Below, in pieces: positions 59,301 to 64,000 of a stretch of DNA of 64,000 nt. Below the pieces are notes generated by a model that searched no databases, was not told where the DNA came from, and saw nothing but the letters and a program-made list of their open reading frames with translations. The first letter of the stretch is position 1. Each line of letters begins with the position of its first letter. Source of the stretch: an uncultured virus (IMG/VR IMGVR_UViG_3300032291_000723) (lineage: Duplodnaviria; Heunggongvirae; Uroviricota; Caudoviricetes); IMG/VR virus record IMGVR_UViG_3300032291_000723. One strand, 5' to 3'. A program made the position numbers and the translations under genes.

Positions 59301-60907
59301 AGAACAAGATGCTTATGTCTGAACTGGGTGATATGACCTTTGTGCTTGAAGCTTTCAAGACAGACCTATCAAACCGATTTATGGGTGAGACTGGTTATGG
59401 TACACTCACTACAGATTCCAGAATGGGCACTCGTTTTGCAAAGGTTGCTCAGAATATCCGTAATGCCAATGGACTAGGGGAAACTCTGGTGACCATTGGT
59501 GAGGGTGCTGCCGAAGGTATGCAAGCCCTAGGCTCACTGTCGGCTCAGACACAAGCTGTGCGTGTACTGGGTAAGGTGAGAATGCAACGGTCTATCTGGC
59601 ATTACTTTGAAAACGGTAGTGTGGAAAAGCTAATCACTAGACTAGAAGACCCAACGGTTGCTGCTGAGCTGGCTGAGCTTAACAAGGCTGCTAGCAAGGA
59701 TCAGGCCCAACAGGTTAAGCTGTGGAAGCGCTTTGCTGGTGTTGCCAGAGAGAGTGGCTTCGGTATGGATCAGCATGATGCCATGATGTTCCTCAAGTAT
59801 GGCTTCGGTGATGCAGAGACTGTCAAGGCCTTTAAGTGGGCCATGACCAAAGTCAAGCATGACAAGGGCCGTGTCAATATGAACCTCCTTTGGGATCTGG
59901 CTGATCAGGTTGCCCGAGAAGGCTCTAAGGAAGTAGACCCAGAGGTTCTGGGTAATGCCTTATCCAATTATCAATTTATGTTAGAGGACAGAATTACCAA
60001 GGAAGTAGCAAGCGAAGTCCGTGGGTTAAACCGACAGACAGACCTTGAATCCAGAAGCGCTCTTGGGCGTCTATGGTATGCCTTGAGTTCCTTTACTCGT
60101 TCATATCAGGATAATGTGATTATGGGTTACGGTAGCAAGAGTACCATCAAGTACCTTGCTGGCGGTATCTTCCTGTACATGGCGGTGGATGCCCTAACCA
60201 GTTACCTTAAGGAATATCTAGCAGGGCGTGACCACAAGGATATCCTACAGGAACTGGAAGATCGTCCAAGTGAGTTCATGATTCGTGGTGCTGCAAGAAC
60301 CCCATTCATGGGAACATGGAATGGATTCTTGGAAGCTGGTCTGGCTGGAGCTTCTGCTCTCAACGGTGGAACCTATAAGTACTACGGGATTCCCGGACTA
60401 CCCGCAGGTGCCTCTGCTGGCGAAGGTGCCCTATCAGATATCTACAATAACACCAAGACATTGGTGGGTAGTGATTCTGACATGGGTAAGAGACTTAAGG
60501 CAGCTAGTGGTCTATTGGGTGTTTCAGATATAGTTAATCGTAGTCAGGCTGCTATTCCCATCCGTGTCCTACAGGACATGGGGGCCATAGAACAACAGTC
60601 TGCCGTAGGAACTTATTTGGATCTTATCCACAGAAAGCCATATCCCTACATGAAGCAGAATGCTAGTGCTGGTACTTATCAACCAATGGACCCCAACGAT
60701 TATCAGCCTACTCCAAGGAACTTTGCCAAGGAGGCTTCGCAATACGAGGCTGCTAAGCAGATGACCAAGCAGTTCCCTCTACCACCAGAGAGAGTGGTAG
60801 TACCTAAGAGAACCGCAACATCTAGGGGTACGACCAGTCAGATGTTTAATTCGACTAGTCCCAATACAGGAGTGTCAGGTGAACTAGGGGATCTCCTAGA
60901 TCAATGA
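50315..60907 (+). CDS. Giant polyvalent internal virion protein (~3530 aa): zincin, ADP-ribosyltransferase and sigma-like domains
   Basis: GAAAGGG RBS before ATG 50315; HEIGH at 53051; YHGT...GYFTS...YA...VYPVYL...DGI...QIKS at 54281-55022; sigma-like region 55420-55942. Confidence 0.8.
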   Translation: MFDFAQGFPSQPSLPTSGPLNYQAEKSIQVRGFGEMGWNPVNMVGGMLNQVVGDDYVRVLDASGLRDGINWTHGELRKVADNREYGNLEYFINTLNGGKQNDAAVGLGWALESSQAMLLRQILGNKPLEPVMFAPSEITPEIMAAEEQELKGLLSTDGVSEENQKRVQEISNKKAYVESKTQADKNLGFNWWDWYKQTNVFNAASTLGVNVLGDKDIIDTLTEYDPNFKSNDWFDNFAADPIVKQGLLENGITADIVAESPNADHAFMRISHIMYESNTQKRMGTYKPTNYDFVKNMGSGLVSFMVDTPTGATIITGAAVTTAASIFSPANFAAVGATALGEAAVLGESAVATSSTMTFLNGAKTLGETLYKLPLGMAPQWMEGTTLLSMTAANIASGAIQGTIGSYNQQANEISFGAATMYVNPSVRREMDYGEVAIEALYSGVMMGGLFGLGGGLLRSVKGMTDNGLKGLIIDPVTGKRNRLDRSFTFQDTPLGNTLQMLHIKDYERSLIDLKPVDVVRNEAIIEKTDPTPDRLAAETEGYADRAEAREALKNPEAAEATPEDVGTRKYESETTEQYINRVAPSRTIRNLPELVTEVARRTQVEGGRMISSTEEYHQMTPQDQARTLIRTQAVLEAAKRAEEKAVGLPKERERVFEQLEASRKEALRRIGKTLTPIEFKRLKAELKGDKPKVKGSLPELLTVANDKAKPIAERKANAEEAAGQILETARAVIKNPDKAKVIKSKVPQEILDKVDAVVVEEALTGRVSAETAEEVKRSLLAAEEPFTSSLTKRIERAVKVNRLSPDRVARINAIKEDHTRFVSLVKGNKMRALALYNHIHEGVVTGVLTAEDRVLILASVSHLNFDLKGFAMEYAYKNMDDVNVAGEYNAKTRVLTLNTKSTPSNRAHTVLHEIGHALFSNDMRGEVYLENLKLYNSMREGTPLSSKGIQLIDPLTENLGKYHLQNVEESFVQLFSNVVLAETAQVMTPVESTMVRKTLAFIEKAILNATIALDESKYYERANAVIKALTEVDNKVIRQSVSVSSLLRAIAKAEEARPKNVAQFNYEIAKSLGARHPEVDKAVIRETFTDAEYKMLFKQVNDPTSLAAFAITRESGKPIVDEAGRFTVHAPKFFEAYSEYKKAQYNSAATRVAYMLRSMSYKLLTGMTKEERENFFTYEMFDINAKQEKGSPYEKSLNDNLSATYEDNHLASMNLNGGNYATDYLMTTAESFVELLQEDGMSDIAPSAMTLSAAAREALISRIQEDPYLSKPIMEQLREHFDKAGLTKYYQRAFDTMQKNLILRMYEEGVFSMNDLKLVWDTPEFKQYFGNSKVVDKDGNPLIMYHGTAANNGFVIFRTKDGDFGLFGKGGYFTSNPKIASEYAGVRNGAARRGYEEPGSVYPVYLSIQNPLDMDAKVVLIGERTDATFIPALKKFKPNESQNETVKLYFDLATEEGRARLEEYNAIVESAQEYLKNRTESEVTNEEFFRYILDAFEHYIEDGSEFVHELTDDILRATSHDGITHMGGGRVRADGPRHRVYIAFEPEQIKSIWNDGTFSRTNPDIRRSINPEVSKKREMIGVLQKFIGDKNTFNAMPLEHLLRNVMGLEETLVVKYMNLGKSNPFKALQALQIAVSKDLIEHDGANWILKVQQVVPNEPVQPKMLSPKKVAMVETKAKLVTAKTLDAELMRYVEDNKSVSKEITSEALQEALVNFFDINSPERAALLAQVEDGMTSQQLGYYIRRTVKNNIIKEQRDQNKNQGDVKNAEQTSKKNKKSEAIDTTKQRQLNANAYKVMQDIHDLFLKKTESSLFTDTQMQTLRVLTINRTVKLADGKEELAPPTLDEAAKLLGLSGKSGVSERIKSMQKRLQKKLGLTDETASMLFDPNTKLTNKLKTEVMSNIEEAMEKLNAAEKEKPAAVKKESKVELEPALPPAEKLVETGNQILDTINQTAKMEQNADPVAVPKTEEPTGHATVDTGAEAPKETPKLVHTEPVADAVASGETNMTKTAVQLDIKKSFSMKGVFTQASDALDRLFNALAIEYPDEVVSLKTVKDQHAFVVKLLKEKGYDSVIDERGNVVPLKEPKVIGKTKKRISKEVAEKQQDPTVVTKDETTFSTEDGVPVATTETVVETPKAPVGPVETPAGDRTVVPTPTKTVSDVAKLPEAETLERKVNEDPKLLRNNGMDRSFLKLFTKAYWKSKVEASANDRAIAKMAEESNGGANAANTMMARAFFSGTNSVSHSITEKFKTAWGDFVQVNQFIAEANKRMFGEDIMERFWKKVDEINAVDRIRPKAAEGPAGIKPLTYREVLDKAAEAMNEEGKPAFVRPLLPDEVKFVKADEAGNVRLSGKNKQTRAIIDAALTEAEKVEPPKVERVLDAEGKVVPEDTTPAKPEEPTPPTTEDQMIDAAVDGSESATSRPWRLNNFVGHLFGGDNTANATWWRKQMAKLANATQSSSQLGNTIRSFNDSIAFISRWADDTRAQTGHVVGVGKTPFKTMLQIKMDEGRVITRILRAYSDFDTTLRGANKRAVQSYIYDCLRKGEQPNKAEMVKLGVGVHNAEAAVKKAGYLLEISRAINDKILYMENTTGRLVTTDKHGMPLDPKKYAPVQFDHEALMRIAPGEHSKIIDAMVIARTATKLNDPRLDKNTMIVMGWIDVKYNKETGGYEFFSKERQLKHSEGANMFGNDTLAKLQVSKIAKEGTGGDKGILKNLLRKGDPNKYFILESDTEYTVYRLPEVLEDLGNADKAKYTEAVKGNTAHYTIDWRERLGNKNLIQREMEEMFAYKTKKAPYTDDSYGLVRSMFKIDENGRSGITVPGLTPEEMLSDPMLAKLLRTNLAEAYFHWVKGRYFDLSFQQELDRVMGTKGITWDKVTSRVAKRAQDDISKIAVDSGWTSKQLDSAHQDINNGIKRLQEEFRAGAETLPFFANKGPLGSRAANAAIRFKFSVGYGVSQFTEILQELVKHSPEFYTMPKNIFEALRYVVGDYRISKNKMLMSELGDMTFVLEAFKTDLSNRFMGETGYGTLTTDSRMGTRFAKVAQNIRNANGLGETLVTIGEGAAEGMQALGSLSAQTQAVRVLGKVRMQRSIWHYFENGSVEKLITRLEDPTVAAELAELNKAASKDQAQQVKLWKRFAGVARESGFGMDQHDAMMFLKYGFGDAETVKAFKWAMTKVKHDKGRVNMNLLWDLADQVAREGSKEVDPEVLGNALSNYQFMLEDRITKEVASEVRGLNRQTDLESRSALGRLWYALSSFTRSYQDNVIMGYGSKSTIKYLAGGIFLYMAVDALTSYLKEYLAGRDHKDILQELEDRPSEFMIRGAARTPFMGTWNGFLEAGLAGASALNGGTYKYYGIPGLPAGASAGEGALSDIYNNTKTLVGSDSDMGKRLKAASGLLGVSDIVNRSQAAIPIRVLQDMGAIEQQSAVGTYLDLIHRKPYPYMKQNASAGTYQPMDPNDYQPTPRNFAKEASQYEAAKQMTKQFPLPPERVVVPKRTATSRGTTSQMFNSTSPNTGVSGELGDLLDQ

Positions 60908-60911
60908 CATG

Positions 60912-60934
60912 CCGAATAGATGGGGCTATAGATA
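60912..60934 (+). promoter_or_regulatory. Putative phage RNAP promoter after the last gene (phiOR position)
   Basis: CCGAATAGATGGGGCTATAGATA. Confidence 0.7.
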
Positions 60935-62100
60935 TAGTACTATAGATATACCTAGGTTAACCTAGGGGAGTAGCTAAGCTACTCTCCTAGGCACCTAGGA
61001 AATTCCTATAGGTTTTAGTTTAGGTTTTATTACTATGGATATAGCTTAGTCCCCTAGGTATCTCTCTAGTTAAAATCACAATAAATTATCCAACCTAGGT
61101 CCCATGGAAACATGGACCTAGGTATTATGCGTATCACTGGTCAACCTCCCCCCGGTCTTGCCGGGTAGGTCCCTTGTCGATTTCGGTAGTTGCTCCCTCC
61201 CCGCTCACTGCCGGGGGAGCTCCCTTAGCTACGCCTGTTCCTGCTGGCCCTACGATGCCTCAGGAACGCTTCCTAAGAATCCAATGGGTCCAAGGGGCAC
61301 CAAGGAGAGCCAAGGCCCCATAAGCGATTCCTAAGAAATCGACTTAGGGGTAAAAAATTAATAAAAGATTATCCCCCGTAGGTACCTTACCCTTGCCCCC
61401 CGCTACCCCCGGAGGGTCCGGTAACTCGGGACATGGTTATCGGACCTAGCGCGGCGCCCCAAGGTTATCGGACTTTGGCGCCGGAGGGTCTGAACATTCC
61501 CGGCTATGCGCGTCTACCAGTGGCGGAGCGACCCGCCCTCTTTAACAAGTCAAACGTTTGCGTTTCCCGCGTCCCCCATGGGGAAAGTGGAAACTGGTTC
61601 TAGCGAATCATCGAATGCCCGATCCCAAGTACGCTAGGTTTCCATGGGGAAGCCAACGTAGCAAGCCGGACCCCTGAAAGGGGGTCGCGGGAAGTACGCC
61701 TAGCCTAACGGGAACGAAACCGGAACGATGAAACGAGTGATTCGCGCAAGCGAATCGAACCGTAATACCTGCCACCCCTTGGATGGGGTAAGGTAGTGCG
61801 CGTATCCCGGATGACTAACGGGAACGCATGGACGGGAACGGTAGCACGTTCCACCCATGAAACAATAATTAATTCCGATACCCTGCTTTCTTTCCGCAGG
61901 GTATCGGCTAGGACTCTCCGCAATCGTTAGGGCCAGCCAATGCCACGGACGCCATGAGTTATCGGTGCGACCAGTATAGGGTCTATATCCGATAAGTACC
62001 GCAGTACCGTGGCCCATATAAATGGCCCCTGAACTATGCGGAGGGTTCTAGCCGATCCGTCCACCGTGGACAATCGGAACTCAAGTTTACGGAGACTGAA
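60935..62100. other. Non-coding region probably containing the genome terminus / terminal repeat and early leader
   Basis: No credible ORF; CCTAGG cluster, short repeats, many hairpins; separates the last virion gene from the first early genes. Confidence 0.65.
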
Positions 62101-62102
62101 TC

Positions 62103-62519
62103 ATGTCTATCGACCGTGCTACTTTCGTTCGCGTTGCTTCCGCCTGCAACTTGTCCGCTGCTTTCTCGGACACTCTCGCTAGCGGCAAGGGTCGGACGGC
62201 TACGGGGAAGGTGGATTGCCGAAAGTTTGCTGCCCTGATGGAGAAGGTGGCATTTATGTACGGCAAGGATTGTGCGTCCAAGTACTTCATGCTGCCTATC
62301 CTGCTTGCCAAGGCAGGTATCCCGGCGGATGCTTTCCGGTGGCGTGGCAATGCCACGGAGGGTATCGAAGCCCATCCGGCGGCTGAAGTGTTCCAGACTC
62401 TTTGCACGGAGTACCTGCAGGGTCTGTATCCCTACGAAACTTGGGAGACGGCATCGTCTGCTCCGCAGGTTCGCCGCAAGGATATCCCGTCCGATATCCT
62501 CGCCACGCTCGATATCTAA
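62103..62519 (+). CDS. First early gene, hypothetical
   Basis: GGAGA RBS; GC-richer than genome average. Confidence 0.75.
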   Translation: MSIDRATFVRVASACNLSAAFSDTLASGKGRTATGKVDCRKFAALMEKVAFMYGKDCASKYFMLPILLAKAGIPADAFRWRGNATEGIEAHPAAEVFQTLCTEYLQGLYPYETWETASSAPQVRRKDIPSDILATLDI

Positions 62520-62525
62520 TCGGGC

Positions 62526-62590
62526 CGTCTATCCCCGCAGGGGGATGGACGCTAGGGTATCCCCTGCGGGGGATGCTCTAGCGTCTATCC
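62526..62590 (+). repeat. Overlapping inverted repeats (11-bp and 22-bp alternative hairpins)
   Basis: CGTCTATCCCC/GGGGATGGACG and GGATGGACGCTAGGGTATCCCC/GGGGATGCTCTAGCGTCTATCC. Confidence 0.8.
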
Positions 62591-62617
62591 GCTCGCCATC
62601 AATCCGAAAGAACCCCA

Positions 62618-62938
62618 ATGCAGGCTTTCCAGAAGAACGTGCTTGAGATGTATGTCCGCCGTGCAATGCAGACTGGAACTATGGCAGACGCTGCTATTGC
62701 TGCGGACTATCTCTGCAAGGTATCAGGCAGTTCCTATGCGAACTGCATGGCTGCTCTTTGCAAGGCATACGGTATCCGCCATGCGGATCGTATCTGCAAG
62801 GATCGTCCGGGCATGTATGTATCCAAAGATCCTGCACGGGAATTGGCTGCAGGATGTATCGTCAAGTTTGACAAGGAAACTATCTCCGTGAAGCGTATCC
62901 CGGAGGTTGTTCCCGCTGCCATTCTGATGGCCATCTAA
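62618..62938 (+). CDS. Early hypothetical protein
   Basis: ORF track; phage-like codons. Confidence 0.7.
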   Translation: MQAFQKNVLEMYVRRAMQTGTMADAAIAADYLCKVSGSSYANCMAALCKAYGIRHADRICKDRPGMYVSKDPARELAAGCIVKFDKETISVKRIPEVVPAAILMAI

Positions 62939-62951
62939 CCGGAGGCAAACA

Positions 62952-63209
62952 ATGACTACGCACACTTACCGTGGCAAGGTTCTCGTCTGCAAGTTCAATC
63001 GGACGCATAGGGATACCCGCAACAATGAGGTGGGAACTATGTGGTTTGAAACTTTGCAGGGTTACTTGGTGGCCGATGCTAATGCGCCTACCTTTGATGA
63101 CGCATTCATTGATGACATTGCCTATGAGCATGTCAAGGATTACTTCCACCAGTTTGCGGACAATGCTACCCCGGAACAATATGTGTTGGTTGGTTCCGAG
63201 GAGAACTAA
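62952..63209 (+). CDS. Early hypothetical protein
   Basis: GGAGG RBS. Confidence 0.75.
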   Translation: MTTHTYRGKVLVCKFNRTHRDTRNNEVGTMWFETLQGYLVADANAPTFDDAFIDDIAYEHVKDYFHQFADNATPEQYVLVGSEEN

Positions 63210-63392
63210 ACTTTGGTATGCCATAGGGAAACCTATGGTATGCCTTTCCAACTAGGGGTGCGCGGCTAGACCATTCCACCCCGCCCAGTGTCGTTGTGTT
63301 ACAACCCAACGGGATAGCGTAGGGAAACCTATGCTATTCCCATTAGTCCGAATGAATCCCATATCCGGCTATGCCGGGAAAGGTATGAGACA

Positions 63393-63713
63393 ATGAAGGT
63401 TTCCGAATCTGTTTGTGTTGGTTCCGATGCTGTTGCCAATGCTTTCTTTGCGGGGGATACGCTTGTTCTGTATACCGCGCATGATGGTAAGACAACGGTT
63501 CGTATCTCTGGCAATGAGGGTTTCATGGCGGGTAATCAAGTTACCTTTGATACCCGGAATGCCGCAATCAAGTTTGTGAAGGATGCTGCTCATGGTTTGC
63601 CAATGCAGTATAACAAGCAAACTAATACATACAATCGCAGGGAACTTACCCGTGTTCGCCTTTGCTTCATGGATGGATGGGCCACCATGAATACCAACGG
63701 AGAAGGTTTCTAA
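63393..63713 (+). CDS. Early hypothetical protein
   Basis: Preceded by leader repeat with AAAGGT RBS. Confidence 0.75.
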   Translation: MKVSESVCVGSDAVANAFFAGDTLVLYTAHDGKTTVRISGNEGFMAGNQVTFDTRNAAIKFVKDAAHGLPMQYNKQTNTYNRRELTRVRLCFMDGWATMNTNGEGF

Positions 63714-63742
63714 TCCGGCTATGCCGAGAAAGGTTTGAGACA

Positions 63743-64000
63743 ATGGCAACCATCGCTTTGATTCAGGACTCTGCGGATAAGCCCTATGCCCTGCTGTGCG
63801 CTATCCATGACGATGCCGTGGAAAGTGTGGAGGCTATCAAGAATGTGATTGAAGAAGCCTATCGGTGGACTATCCCCGGCCATGTCACGGACTATGTGAC
63901 CCTGAAGGTTACTAGTGGCAAGAAGTCTAATGAGTTTGTGGTGGAGGCTACGGAACACATGGATTGCGTGGACAATGAAGGCCATGACTATGTGGAGTAT
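63743..64000 (+). CDS. Early hypothetical protein, truncated by window end
   Basis: Leader repeat, ATG 63743, MATIALIQDSADKPYALLCAIHDD... open to position 64000. Confidence 0.75.
   Translation, partial: MATIALIQDSADKPYALLCAIHDDAVESVEAIKNVIEEAYRWTIPGHVTDYVTLKVTSGKKSNEFVVEATEHMDCVDNEGHDYVEY

Noticed and set aside
50315..60907. Giant ORF as an N4-type or crAss-type virion RNA polymerase (similar size to N4 vRNAP)
   Set aside because: No T7-family motif A/B/C set and no DxDxD catalytic motif seen; size alone is not evidence
60935..62100. CRISPR array or protein-coding ORFs (61700-62017, 61705-61923) in the terminal region
   Set aside because: Repeats are 6-12 nt and irregularly spaced, with no repeat-spacer period; the ORFs lack RBS and phage codon bias
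1..64000. Prophage, integrase, diversity-generating retroelement, introns or inteins
   Set aside because: No recombinase, repressor, reverse transcriptase or host genes seen; polymerase, RNR, helicase and terminase ORFs are continuous and of normal size

Overview
The window holds most or all of a T7-like (Autographiviridae-type) podophage genome, with essentially every gene on the + strand. Order: small early genes, a protein kinase and three tRNA genes (1-6.6 kb); single-subunit RNA polymerase; replication and nucleotide genes (SSB, RusA, ThyX, deaminase, primase-helicase, DNA pol A, dNMP kinase, exonuclease, dUTPase, class II RNR); portal, an inserted fibre/decoration block, scaffold, capsid, tail tubes, tail fibre, membrane proteins, terminase; four predicted internal-virion proteins ending in a ~3,530-aa giant; a 1.2-kb non-coding region that probably contains the physical genome end; then early genes again. 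The sequence therefore looks circularly permuted. Most unusual observations: (1) the giant protein carries a HExxH zincin, an ADP-ribosyltransferase and an ECF-sigma-like region 2/region 4 module; (2) the tRNAs read AUA/AGA/UUA, including Ile(UAU) and an Arg(UCU) gene with no D-arm and a D-loop-like sequence 3' of the anticodon arm; (3) a citrate-synthase-family protein with catalytic residues replaced; (4) a sulfotransferase-like gene among the virion genes; (5) apparent CCWGG avoidance; (6) a 23-bp candidate phage promoter in four copies; (7) no recognisable endolysin. All calls come from reading motifs by eye; no database search or folding program was run.
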